From the NCBI GenBank assembly GCA_963777315.1, contig CAVZQC010000002.1:256001-320000 (forward strand): DNA of 64,000 nucleotides, read 5' to 3'. The stretch comes from Vulcanimicrobiota bacterium (GTDB lineage: Bacteria > Vulcanimicrobiota > Vulcanimicrobiia > Vulcanimicrobiales > Vulcanimicrobiaceae). Each line of letters starts with the position of its first letter. The first letter of the stretch is position 1. Shown in pieces: positions 19,628 through 30,139 of this stretch. The translations under genes were made by a program, and so were the position numbers. Under the pieces are notes generated by a model. That model ran no database searches. It was not told the origin of the DNA and saw only the letters and a program-made list of their open reading frames with translations.

Positions 19628-19652
19628 AGGTTTCGCTTTGCCGGTGCTGAAC
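19628..19652 (+). promoter_or_regulatory. SigH(Spo0H)-like promoter of the pnt operon
   Basis: GCAGG-N18-GAAC, ending 10 nt before the ATG. The same geometry recurs at other gene starts in this window. Confidence 0.45.
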
Positions 19653-19662
19653 GAGCGACGCC

Positions 19663-20804
<1,142 letters not shown>

Positions 20805-20808
<4 letters not shown>

Positions 20809-21131
20809 CGGCTTTGGCATTCATCCGCGATCTGTTCGAGCTGCTGCTGGTTTTCGCGCTGGCGATTTTCGTGGGTTTCGAGGTGATTTCCAAAGTCCCC
20901 ACGACCTTGCACACGCCGCTGATGTCGGCGACCAACGCCATTCACGGCGTCGTGCTCGTCGGCGCGATTTTCGTCGTTTCGGCGGTGTTCGGCGCGCACA
21001 TGAACGGTGCGCTGCTCACGGCGCTGGCGATTGCAGCGGTCACGTTGGGAACGATCAACGTGGTCGGCGGCTTCGCCGTGACCGAACGCATGCTGCAGAT
21101 GTTCAAGAAGAAGGAGCCCGTCAAGAAGTGA
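20805..21131 (+). CDS. NAD(P) transhydrogenase subunit alpha, part 2 (membrane)
   Basis: VPTTLHTPLMSATNAIHG and INVVGGFAVTERMLQMF. Confidence 0.95.
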
Positions 21132-22567
21132 CGTCGCTCGGATCGTATCTGGAGGCGCGCGAGATATTCTTCTATGCGGCCACTCTAGCCGCGGTCGTGC
21201 TCTTCATCGTCGGCCTCAAAAAACTCAGCTCGCCTGCGACGGCACGTATCGGCAATCGTTATGCCGCAGCCGGAATGCTGCTGGCGATCTGCGCATCGAT
21301 CTGGCAGATCGATGCGATCGGCTGGTGGGCGATCCTCGTCGGCATCGTCATCGGCGGCGCGATCGGCCTGTTCTCGGCGATGAAGGTCAAGATGACCGCC
21401 ATGCCTCAGATGGTGGCCTTGTTCAACGGCGCAGGCGGCGGCGCGGCCGCGCTGATTTCGACCGCGGAGTTTTTCGTCAACGCGTTCGCCAACGGAACAG
21501 CTCCGGCGGTCACGTTCAACTTGCTCGTCGTCGTTTCGCTGGTGGTAAGCGCGATCATCGGCGCGGTCAGTTTCTCGGGTTCCATCGTAGCGTTCTTGAA
21601 GCTGCAGGAGTGGATGACGGGCCGCCCCGTGACGTACAAGGGACAGCAGGCGGTAAACGCGCTGCTCGCGCTGGCGATCTGCGCGCTGGCACTGATCGTC
21701 ATGGTAACGGTCGGCGCCGTCCCGTGGTACTGGTACGTCGCCATGCTTGCCGGCGCGCTGATCTTCGGCGTGCTGTTCGTGCTGCCCATCGGGGGCGCGG
21801 ACATGCCGGTAGTGATCTCGCTGCTCAATTCCTTCACCGGCGTCGCCGTCGCGATCACTGGGTTCGAGCTCAACTACGAGCTGCTGATCGTCAGCGGCGC
21901 GCTCGTCGGCGCTTCGGGTACGCTGCTTACGATCCTGATGGGCAAAGCGATGAACCGCCCACTCACGAACGTGCTGTTCGGCGCGTTCGGCGCAACGAGC
22001 GCAGAGCAAGCGGGAGTATCCGGCGGAGCGGCACAAAACGTGCGATCCGCTACCGTCGACGACGTCGCGGTCATGCTCGCATACGCGCATCAAGTGGTCG
22101 TGGTTCCCGGCTACGGAATGGCCGTCGCGCAGGCGCAGCATAGCGTGAGAGAGCTGGCCGACCAGCTCGAAAAGCGCGGCGTTTCGGTGAAATACGCCAT
22201 CCATCCGGTGGCGGGGCGCATGCCCGGACACATGAACGTGCTGCTCGCCGAAGCCAACGTTCCGTACAATCAACTGTACGACATGGACGACATCAACCCC
22301 GAATTCGCGCGCACCGACGTATCGCTCGTCATCGGCGCGAACGACGTGGTCAATCCCGCCGCGCGCAACGTGCCGTCCTCGCCGATTTACGGGATGCCGA
22401 TTCTCGACGTCGACAAATCCTCCAACGTCATCGTGCTCAAGCGCTCGATGCGCTCCGGATTCGCCGGCATCGACAACCCGCTGTTCGAGAGTCCGAATTG
22501 CGCGCTGCTGTTCGGCGATGCAAAAGCGACGGTCGACACGCTTACGTCGGCGGTAAAAGCGCTTTAG
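21128..22567 (+). CDS. pntB: NAD(P) transhydrogenase subunit beta
   Basis: MTAMPQMVA, IGGADMPVVISLLNS, PGYGMAVAQAQ, HPVAGRMPGHMNVLLAEA, GANDVVNPAA. Confidence 0.96.
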   Translation: MTSLGSYLEAREIFFYAATLAAVVLFIVGLKKLSSPATARIGNRYAAAGMLLAICASIWQIDAIGWWAILVGIVIGGAIGLFSAMKVKMTAMPQMVALFNGAGGGAAALISTAEFFVNAFANGTAPAVTFNLLVVVSLVVSAIIGAVSFSGSIVAFLKLQEWMTGRPVTYKGQQAVNALLALAICALALIVMVTVGAVPWYWYVAMLAGALIFGVLFVLPIGGADMPVVISLLNSFTGVAVAITGFELNYELLIVSGALVGASGTLLTILMGKAMNRPLTNVLFGAFGATSAEQAGVSGGAAQNVRSATVDDVAVMLAYAHQVVVVPGYGMAVAQAQHSVRELADQLEKRGVSVKYAIHPVAGRMPGHMNVLLAEANVPYNQLYDMDDINPEFARTDVSLVIGANDVVNPAARNVPSSPIYGMPILDVDKSSNVIVLKRSMRSGFAGIDNPLFESPNCALLFGDAKATVDTLTSAVKAL

Positions 22568-22580
22568 CGCAGGCTTGGTC

Positions 22581-24137
22581 ATGCCGGCCGTCAGGCGGGC
22601 CGGCATAGCCGCGGTGTTGTGCCTGGCAGTAAGCGCGTCGTGTTCGGGATCGCACGGCGGCTCCAAGGCGCACGTGCTGCGCATCGCCACCCTCGCCGAC
22701 CCCTCTTCGCTCAACCCGCTGCTCGCGCACGATCAGGAAACGATCGGCAACGATTTGCTCGTATGCCAGACGCTGATCGGCTTGGACGCGCGAAATCGCT
22801 CGATCCCCATTTTGCTTACGCGCATACCCACGACCGGGAACGGCGACCTGTCGCGGGACGGCTTGAGCATCACGTATCATCTGCGCCGCGGCGTGCGATT
22901 TGCCGACGGCGCGGAGCTCACGTCGCACGACGTGGCGTTCACGTATCGCGCCATCCTGGACTCACGCAACAATGTCCTTTCGTCCGATGCGTACCGGCGC
23001 ATCGCCCGGCTTCAGACGCCCGATCCGTATACGGTCGCGATCCGGCTCAAGCGGCGCTGGAACGCCGCCGTGAGCGACCTCTTTGCGCAATCCGATTTCG
23101 CGTTCGGCATTTTGCCGGAGCACGCGTTCGCGAGCACGCTGCTGGCTCGTTCGAGCTGGGAAGATCATGCGTTCGGCAGCGGCCCATTCCGAGTGCTGCA
23201 ATGGCGGCGCGGCGACCGCATCGTTCTCGTGCGCAATCCCTATTACGTGCCCAGACCCAAGCTCGACCGGATCGAACTGCAGATGATTCCCGACGGCAAC
23301 TCGGCCTTCGTCGCGTTGCGCACGCACGACGTCGACGTGGCCGCTCTGACGACCCCGCAAATGCTCGCCCAAGCACGCGGCATTGCCGGCATCCGGGTCA
23401 TGCGTACCCCGGAAAACGGCACGGAGTGGCTCAGCCTGCAGACGACGCATCCGCCGCTCTCACAGCTGCGGTTTCGACGTGCGCTGGCGTACGCGCTCGA
23501 CATGGGACCCATTCGCAAGACGTTCGAAAGCGTCTATCCGCAGGCCGGCTCGTTCTTGCCGTCCGTGATGCGCCGCTGGCACGTCGCCGGGGTGTCTCCT
23601 CATCCGCACGATTTGGCCCGCGCTCGAGCGCTTCTGCGCGGAAAAACACTCGACGCCACGCTGGTCACCACGGCGGAATATCCCTTGTGGTCGCGCATCG
23701 CCGCCGTCGTGCAGCAAGAGCTGGCGGCGGCCGGCATCCGCGCGAGCATCAAGAAATACCCCACCACCCTCTTCAACGCGCCCGACGGTCCCATACGAAA
23801 CGGCCGCTTCACGATCGCGATCGACGGCTGGCTCGGCGGCGCCGATCCGGAACAATCCATTGTGTTCACGTGCTCGCAGGCTACCGTCGACGGCGACAAC
23901 ATTTCGCGATACTGCGACCCGCGTTTCGACGCGCTATTCGCCGATCAGGCCATTACTTCGAGCAGCTCCGGACGCGTTGCGGACTTCGCGCGGATGCAGA
24001 GGATGATTCATGCGGCCATTCCGGTCGTGCCGATCTTTTACTGGACGTGGTACGACGGGGTCGCTTCGCGCGTGCACGGTTTTGCGCGAAACATGCTGCA
24101 GTATCCGGTCAGCCCCGAACGCTGGGACGCATATTGA
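22581..24137 (+). CDS. Peptide/nickel ABC transporter substrate-binding lipoprotein (family 5)
   Basis: Lipobox SASC, SLNPL, YHLRRGVRFADG..LTSHDVAFT, GSGPF. Confidence 0.9.
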   Translation: MPAVRRAGIAAVLCLAVSASCSGSHGGSKAHVLRIATLADPSSLNPLLAHDQETIGNDLLVCQTLIGLDARNRSIPILLTRIPTTGNGDLSRDGLSITYHLRRGVRFADGAELTSHDVAFTYRAILDSRNNVLSSDAYRRIARLQTPDPYTVAIRLKRRWNAAVSDLFAQSDFAFGILPEHAFASTLLARSSWEDHAFGSGPFRVLQWRRGDRIVLVRNPYYVPRPKLDRIELQMIPDGNSAFVALRTHDVDVAALTTPQMLAQARGIAGIRVMRTPENGTEWLSLQTTHPPLSQLRFRRALAYALDMGPIRKTFESVYPQAGSFLPSVMRRWHVAGVSPHPHDLARARALLRGKTLDATLVTTAEYPLWSRIAAVVQQELAAAGIRASIKKYPTTLFNAPDGPIRNGRFTIAIDGWLGGADPEQSIVFTCSQATVDGDNISRYCDPRFDALFADQAITSSSSGRVADFARMQRMIHAAIPVVPIFYWTWYDGVASRVHGFARNMLQYPVSPERWDAY

Positions 24138-25746
24138 CGCGAAGCCGCCACTGCCACGCGTTCCATGTCGGCAAGAACGCATTCGGTGCGAAACCCCGCA
24201 GGGCCGTTCGATATGCGTACAGGTAGTCGGCGTTGAACAAATACACGATCGGCACGTCGGCAGCGACGATGCGCCCAATTCGAGCGTATATGGCCTTACG
24301 GACGTTTTGCGAGGTCGCGGAAAGCGCCCGAGCCTCCAGCGCATCAACCTGCGAATTGCAATACCGCATGTAGTTTGACGGACCGCGACAGGAAAGGATC
24401 GACGAATCATCCGGATCGGAGCCCATCGTGAACGGGACGTACGCCATGTCGAACTGCCCGCTCGCCAGCGTACCGCCGCGCGAAGACGGCAAAAACAACT
24501 GCGCGTTGCTGACCGATTTGATCTCCACGGAAATGCCTCGCTCGCGCAGCTGCGCCTGCACCGCCGTCGCAACGCGCACGCCCGTCATCGACTCCGGAAA
24601 CTGCACGTAGACCAGCGATAGCGGCGTGCCGTTCTTGCGGCGCAGAGCGTGAGTCGAGGCGCGGTGCCAGCCGGCTGCGTCCAGCAATGCGTCCGCCGCG
24701 GGCGGATCGTATGCCGGTTCGCGAACCGCCGGATCGTACGCCCACGAGAATTGCGGCTGAATCATGTTCGTGACGGGATAGCGCCCCAACGTGATTTTTC
24801 TGCTGATGCCCGCGCGGTCGATCGCCATCGCGAGCGCGCGCCGCACGCGCACGTCGTTGAGCGGAGAATGCGCCACATTGAGCACCAGGCCCGCCACGAC
24901 CGCGGTCGGCACGGCGCGCAACGCGACGTCACGCGCACCGCGCAGTGCGGCTTGCTGCGCGGGAGCGATCAGGTTCCAATCGAGCTGGCCCGATCGCAGC
25001 ATCACGAGGTTGGTTTGCGGATCCGGAATGACGCGAATGTCGAGCTGGAGCACCTTTGGCGGGCCGCGCCAATACCGCGGATTGGCGCGATACGTCAGCG
25101 ATTCGCCCCGCTGCCAGGAAACGAACGTAAACGGCCCATCGCCGACGGAGGGTGCGGCGTTGAACGGCGCCTGCGCGAGCGGCGCTTGCCGTTCGAGAAC
25201 GTGCTTGGGCAGCACGAATTGCGGGCGGAACCCGTAAGAAAACAACGTCGTGACGGCCGGCGCCCAAGCGTGCTCGAGATGGAACACGACGGTGTGCGGG
25301 CCGCGCGCGTACGCGCGGTCGATCAAATCGTAGCCTTCGCGCGAAGGCACCGGGTTACGCGGGTCCAAAATGGCGCGCAGCGTCCATAACACGTCATCCG
25401 AAGTTACGGCAACGCCGTCGCTCCAGCGCACTTGCGGACGCAGGCGGTACACGATCGTGCGCCCGTCGGGCGAGACGTCGCCGTTGGAAAGGCTGGGGAT
25501 GCGGCTGATAAGCTCCGGTCTCGGGCGCCCGCGCTCGTCCAGATCGATGAACGGCTCGAAGGCCAGCCGGGCCACCTGCTGCTCTACTGAAGCGGAGTCC
25601 TGATGCAGGAAGAGCGGGTTGAGGTTCGCCGGGTCCGCTGCCAAATCGAAGTGGACCTCCTGAATGCCGGCCCGACGCGTCGCGGTCGGGTGCGAGCAAG
25701 CGGCAAGCAGCATGGCGGCCAGTGCGCAGGCGCGGCGGGAGCGCAT
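24109..25746 (-). CDS. Peptide/nickel ABC transporter substrate-binding lipoprotein (family 5)
   Basis: Lipobox LAAC, NLNPL, LRPQVRWSDG..VTSDDV, GDGPF, DVRVRRAL. Confidence 0.9.
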   Translation of the reverse strand: MRSRRACALAAMLLAACSHPTATRRAGIQEVHFDLAADPANLNPLFLHQDSASVEQQVARLAFEPFIDLDERGRPRPELISRIPSLSNGDVSPDGRTIVYRLRPQVRWSDGVAVTSDDVLWTLRAILDPRNPVPSREGYDLIDRAYARGPHTVVFHLEHAWAPAVTTLFSYGFRPQFVLPKHVLERQAPLAQAPFNAAPSVGDGPFTFVSWQRGESLTYRANPRYWRGPPKVLQLDIRVIPDPQTNLVMLRSGQLDWNLIAPAQQAALRGARDVALRAVPTAVVAGLVLNVAHSPLNDVRVRRALAMAIDRAGISRKITLGRYPVTNMIQPQFSWAYDPAVREPAYDPPAADALLDAAGWHRASTHALRRKNGTPLSLVYVQFPESMTGVRVATAVQAQLRERGISVEIKSVSNAQLFLPSSRGGTLASGQFDMAYVPFTMGSDPDDSSILSCRGPSNYMRYCNSQVDALEARALSATSQNVRKAIYARIGRIVAADVPIVYLFNADYLYAYRTALRGFAPNAFLPTWNAWQWRLRVNMRPSVRG

Positions 25747-25795
25747 TCCGGCCGGGTTTCGCTGCCCGCGCGCCGGCTCTTCGGTCAAGGGCCTC

Positions 25796-25824
25796 TTGCC
25801 CGAACAAAAGCATGGTGTTATAGT
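25796..25824 (+). promoter_or_regulatory. Sigma-70 promoter of lrp-kdd-kamA
   Basis: TTGCCC-N17-TATAGT with an extended TG. Confidence 0.65.
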
Positions 25825-25851
25825 CAAAGGACCGAATAGAACTCGGTTGAT

Positions 25852-26337
25852 ATGGATAGAAAGACGAATATTGCGGGCGAACCGAACGAACTCGACGAGC
25901 TGGACTTGCGCCTGCTGGATGCCCTGCAGCGCAATGCGCGTTCGACGTTTGCCGAATTGGGGTCCGTCGTCGGGCTCAAGCCGCCCGCCGTTCACGACCG
26001 CGTCAAGCGCCTGGAGAGCAAAGGCTACGTGCGCGGATATTCCGCACAGCTGGACAGCAAACTGCTGGGGCTCGAGCTGGTGGCATTCGTCAGCTGCTAC
26101 ACTGCACCGGACTGCAGCTACGACGCCTTCACGTCTTCGCTTTCGCGCATGCCCGAAGTGCTCGAAGTGCACAGCGTCGCCGGCGAAGAGTCGTTCGTCC
26201 TCAAGGTCATGACGCGTTCGACCGTTCATCTGGACGAATTGCTTTCGCGTCTCAAATCCGTATCCGGCATGGCGCGCACGAAAACGACGATCGTATTGTC
26301 GACTCCTTTTCAGCGCGGGGGAATTTCGGTTCAGTGA
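25852..26337 (+). CDS. Lrp/AsnC family transcriptional regulator
   Basis: LDELDLRLLDALQRNAR...RVKRLE..GY HTH plus a RAM domain (PEVLEVHSVAGE). Confidence 0.95.
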   Translation: MDRKTNIAGEPNELDELDLRLLDALQRNARSTFAELGSVVGLKPPAVHDRVKRLESKGYVRGYSAQLDSKLLGLELVAFVSCYTAPDCSYDAFTSSLSRMPEVLEVHSVAGEESFVLKVMTRSTVHLDELLSRLKSVSGMARTKTTIVLSTPFQRGGISVQ

Positions 26338-27416
26338 ACGAGCTGTTGCCGGCAGGCGTCAACATGCGCCGCGCCCATCGGCTGGGAACGCACCGCGTGA
26401 TCGATCCGCCGGGCGCGATGCCGCAAACCGCGCGAGTGCTCGATAATACGCCGGCTGTTTTCGAAAACGAGATCCTGTGCCGCGTCGAAACGCTGAACAT
26501 CGACTCCGCATCGTTCAAGCAGATTCACGACCACTGCGGCGGCGATGCGGGACGCATCGCCGACCATATCGCGCAGACCGTGCGCGAGCGGGGTAAGCAG
26601 CACAACCCGGTGACGGGAAGCGGCGGGATGTTCATCGGCCGCGTGCTCGAGATAGGATGCGAGCTGCGCGACTCGATCGACCTGCGGCCGGATGACCGCA
26701 TCGCGTCGCTCGTGTCGCTGACGCTCACGCCGCTGTATCTGGAATCCGTACGCAGCGTCGACGCCGCAACCGGCCGCGTTGCAGTCGACGGCACGGCGAT
26801 CCTGTTCGCGTCCGGACTGTGGGCAAAGTTGCCGCCGGATATCCATGACGACGTCGCGCTGGCGGCTTTCGACGTCGCGGGTGCGCCCGCACAGGTGCGG
26901 CGCATGGTCAAACCCGGGATGACCGTCGTCATCATCGGCGCCGACGGAAAATCCGGCATGCTCGCGTGCGCCCAGGCCAAAGCGCAAGCCGGGCGCGGCG
27001 GACGCGTCATCGGCGTAGCGCCCGATGCGCGCACCGCCGCTGCGCAATTGCTCGCGCGCACCGGCCTGGTGGATGCCTTCATCGAGGCCGACGCGCGCGA
27101 TACGCTCGACCTGGCGCAGAAAGTGGCGCACGCCGCGCCGCAGCTGGCCGATTTGACGGTCAATTGCGTCAACGTGCCGGGGACCGAGCTCGCGTCGATC
27201 CTTTGCACCAAAGATGAGGGCGTCGTCTACTTCTTCTCGATGTCGACTTCGTTCACCGCGGCCGCACTGGGCGCCGAGGGCGTGGGTAAGGACGTCACGA
27301 TGATCGTCGGCAACGGGTACGCCAAGGGCCATGCCGACGTCGCGCTGCAGACGCTGCGCGACAATCCCGACATCCACGAATATTTCCGCACGACGTATGC
27401 TGGGAGCCGTTCATGA
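26334..27416 (+). CDS. kdd: L-erythro-3,5-diaminohexanoate dehydrogenase
   Basis: GTHRVI, LNIDSASF, RGKQHNPVTGSGGM, SLVSLTLTPL, DVAGAPAQ, FFSMSTSF..AALGAEG, GNGY. Confidence 0.9.
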   Translation: MNELLPAGVNMRRAHRLGTHRVIDPPGAMPQTARVLDNTPAVFENEILCRVETLNIDSASFKQIHDHCGGDAGRIADHIAQTVRERGKQHNPVTGSGGMFIGRVLEIGCELRDSIDLRPDDRIASLVSLTLTPLYLESVRSVDAATGRVAVDGTAILFASGLWAKLPPDIHDDVALAAFDVAGAPAQVRRMVKPGMTVVIIGADGKSGMLACAQAKAQAGRGGRVIGVAPDARTAAAQLLARTGLVDAFIEADARDTLDLAQKVAHAAPQLADLTVNCVNVPGTELASILCTKDEGVVYFFSMSTSFTAAALGAEGVGKDVTMIVGNGYAKGHADVALQTLRDNPDIHEYFRTTYAGSRS

Positions 27417-28786
27417 TAGAGATCGTTCATAAAAAACCGCCTGTTGCGCCCGAAACGCTCGAATACAAAAATCTCAAGCAAGGCGAGTTCTGGCGTCACG
27501 TTCCGGCGTACAGAGAAGTCGACGAGACCACGTTCCTCGACCACCTTTGGCAGCAAAAAAATGCGGTCAAAACGCCCGAAGAGCTGCTCCGCACGATCGA
27601 AGGGCTGGCGGCCCCTTCGTTCATTCAGGATGCCGCCGAAGGTTTCCGGCGCGCGCCCATGGCGGTGCGCGTGTCGCCGTACGCGCTCTCGCTGATCGAT
27701 TGGAACGAACCGTACAACGATCCGATTCGCCGGCAGTTCATCCCGGTTGCCAGTACGCTGCTGCCCGACCATCCGCGTCTGACGTTGGATTCTCTGCACG
27801 AACAAGACGATTCGCCGGTCCCGGGCCTGGTGCACCGCTACGTCGACAAAGCGCTGTTTCTGCCGCTGAACACGTGCCCGGTCTACTGCCGGTTCTGCAC
27901 GCGCTCGTATGCGATCGGCCCCGACACGGAAAGCGTCGACAAAGCATCGCTGGCCAAGACGCCCAAGCAGTGGGAAGATGCGTTCAAATACATCGCCGAG
28001 CGCCCGGAGTTGGAAGACATCGTAATCTCCGGCGGCGACACCTATCAGTTACCGCCCAAGAACATCGAGCTGATCGGAAACGCGCTGCTCGACATTCCGC
28101 ACGTACGGCGCATGCGCTTTGCCACCAAAGGGCCGGCCATCATGCCGATGAAGATCATCACGCACATGGAATGGCTCGACGCGCTCACGTCGGTCGTCCA
28201 GCGAGGGCGCACGCTTGGCAAAGACGTCGTTCTGCACACGCACTATAACGCTCCGGAAGAGATCACTTGGATCAGCGAGCGCGCGATGGCCATGCTGTTC
28301 GAACGCGGAATCTTCGTGCGCAACCAGTCGGTCCTCATCCGCGGCGTCAACGATACTCCCGAGCGCATGCAGCTGCTGGTCAAGCGCCTCGGCCACGTGA
28401 ACGTTCATCCCTATTACGTGTACATGCACGACATGGTCAAGGGCGTAGAAGAGCTGCGCACCACCGTGCAGACCGCGGTCGACATCGAGAAATTCGTGCG
28501 CGGGAGCACGGCGGGTTTCAATTGCCCCACCTTCGTGTGCGACGCACCGGGCGGCGGCGGCAAGCGCGACGTGCACAGCTACGAATATTACGACCGCGAG
28601 AACGGCATCGCGGTGTATGCGGCGCCGAGCGTCAAGCCCGGCAAAGCCTTCGTCTATTTCGATCCCATCGACAAGCTCTCTGCTGAGGCCCAGGCGCGCT
28701 GGGCGGTCAAGGAAATCGCGGAGCGCATGGTGCACGAAGCGCTGAGCAAAGCCGGCGCCGGAGACGAGCAGCTCGTCCTGGCCTAG
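27413..28786 (+). CDS. kamA: KamA-family radical SAM lysine 2,3-aminomutase
   Basis: HRYVDK, CPVYCRFCTR radical SAM motif, SGGD, NQSVLIRGVND, and DAPGGGGK carrying the PLP lysine. Adjacent to kdd. Confidence 0.88.
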   Translation: MIEIVHKKPPVAPETLEYKNLKQGEFWRHVPAYREVDETTFLDHLWQQKNAVKTPEELLRTIEGLAAPSFIQDAAEGFRRAPMAVRVSPYALSLIDWNEPYNDPIRRQFIPVASTLLPDHPRLTLDSLHEQDDSPVPGLVHRYVDKALFLPLNTCPVYCRFCTRSYAIGPDTESVDKASLAKTPKQWEDAFKYIAERPELEDIVISGGDTYQLPPKNIELIGNALLDIPHVRRMRFATKGPAIMPMKIITHMEWLDALTSVVQRGRTLGKDVVLHTHYNAPEEITWISERAMAMLFERGIFVRNQSVLIRGVNDTPERMQLLVKRLGHVNVHPYYVYMHDMVKGVEELRTTVQTAVDIEKFVRGSTAGFNCPTFVCDAPGGGGKRDVHSYEYYDRENGIAVYAAPSVKPGKAFVYFDPIDKLSAEAQARWAVKEIAERMVHEALSKAGAGDEQLVLA

Positions 28787-28867
28787 CCCGCTAAGGACCC
28801 TTGGCCGCGGCAGCCGCCTTTGCTATCGTAGGCAAAGAGCGCGCCATGCAGGCGCGCAGAGGTGGTT

Positions 28868-30139
28868 ATGGCACTCGACCTGTCGGCGGTTCAAGCGCAG
28901 CGCAACGTGTGGGACATGGCTCAAGAACAGCTCGACGGGGCCGCGCGCCTCATCGGACTGGCCGACTCCATTGCGGGCTTTTTACGCGAGCCCAAGCGCA
29001 TCTTAGAAGTTTCGGTGCCGGTGCGCATGGACGACGGCACGTTTCGCATGTTCAAAGGCTACCGCGTGCAGCACAACCTGTCGCGCGGGCCGTCCAAAGG
29101 CGGAATTCGATTTCATCCGGACGTGACGCTGGACGAAGTCAAGGCGCTGGCAATGTGGATGACGTGGAAATGCGCACTGGTCAACATTCCGTTCGGCGGC
29201 GCCAAGGGTGGTGTGATCTGCGATCCCAAGTCGCTGTCCATGCAGGAACTGGAAAATCTCACGCGCCGCTTCACCAGCGAGATTTCGATCATCATCGGTC
29301 CGGAGAAAGACATTCCGGCGCCGGACGTTTACACCACGCCGCAGATCATGGCGTGGATCATGGACACGTATTCCATGCAGCGCGGCTACTCGGTTCCCGG
29401 CGTGGTTACGGGTAAGCCCGTATCGATCGGCGGATCGCTCGGGCGCGACAAAGCGACGGCGCGCGGCTGTTTGTACGTCGTCGAAGAGGCGATGCAGGTG
29501 CTCGGCATGCGGGTTGAGGGCGCGCGCGTTGCCATTCAAGGCTTCGGCAACGCGGGCATGTATGCCGCCGAGCTGATGGCAGAGCGCGGCTTTGCGATCG
29601 TCGCCGTTTCGGATTCGCGAGGCGGAATCGCCAACCCCGGCGGCCTCGACGTTGCCGGCGTGGTCGCGCACAAAAACGAAACGGGGTCGGTTGCGGGGTT
29701 TTCGGGAGGCGATGCGATCAGCAACGCCGATCTGCTGGAAGTCGACTGCGAAGTGCTCGTACCGGCTGCACTCGAGAAGGTCATTACCGGGGACAACGCG
29801 CCGCGCATTCGCGCGAAGATCATCGCCGAAGCCGCGAACGGTCCGACCATTCCGCAAGCCGACCGCATCCTGGAGGATCGCGGCGTCATGGTGCTGCCCG
29901 ACATTCTCGCGAACGCGGGCGGCGTAACCGTGTCGTACTTCGAATGGGTACAAGACCTTCAGGAGAACTTCTGGGAAGAGCACGAGATCAACGACCGGCT
30001 CAAACGCAAGATGACGCGAGCGTTCCGCGAAACGCACGAGATCGCGCAGCGCATGAATATCGACATGCGGCGCGCAGCGTACGTCGTTGCCGTCGGCCGG
30101 GTCGCCGACGCCACCAAACTGCGCGGGCTCTACCCCTAA
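28868..30139 (+). CDS. gdhA: Glu/Leu/Phe/Val dehydrogenase (glutamate dehydrogenase)
   Basis: GPSKGGIRFHP, MTWKC, GGAKGG, DIPAPD, VTGKP, QGFGNAG, NAGGVTVSYFEW. Confidence 0.93.
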   Translation: MALDLSAVQAQRNVWDMAQEQLDGAARLIGLADSIAGFLREPKRILEVSVPVRMDDGTFRMFKGYRVQHNLSRGPSKGGIRFHPDVTLDEVKALAMWMTWKCALVNIPFGGAKGGVICDPKSLSMQELENLTRRFTSEISIIIGPEKDIPAPDVYTTPQIMAWIMDTYSMQRGYSVPGVVTGKPVSIGGSLGRDKATARGCLYVVEEAMQVLGMRVEGARVAIQGFGNAGMYAAELMAERGFAIVAVSDSRGGIANPGGLDVAGVVAHKNETGSVAGFSGGDAISNADLLEVDCEVLVPAALEKVITGDNAPRIRAKIIAEAANGPTIPQADRILEDRGVMVLPDILANAGGVTVSYFEWVQDLQENFWEEHEINDRLKRKMTRAFRETHEIAQRMNIDMRRAAYVVAVGRVADATKLRGLYP

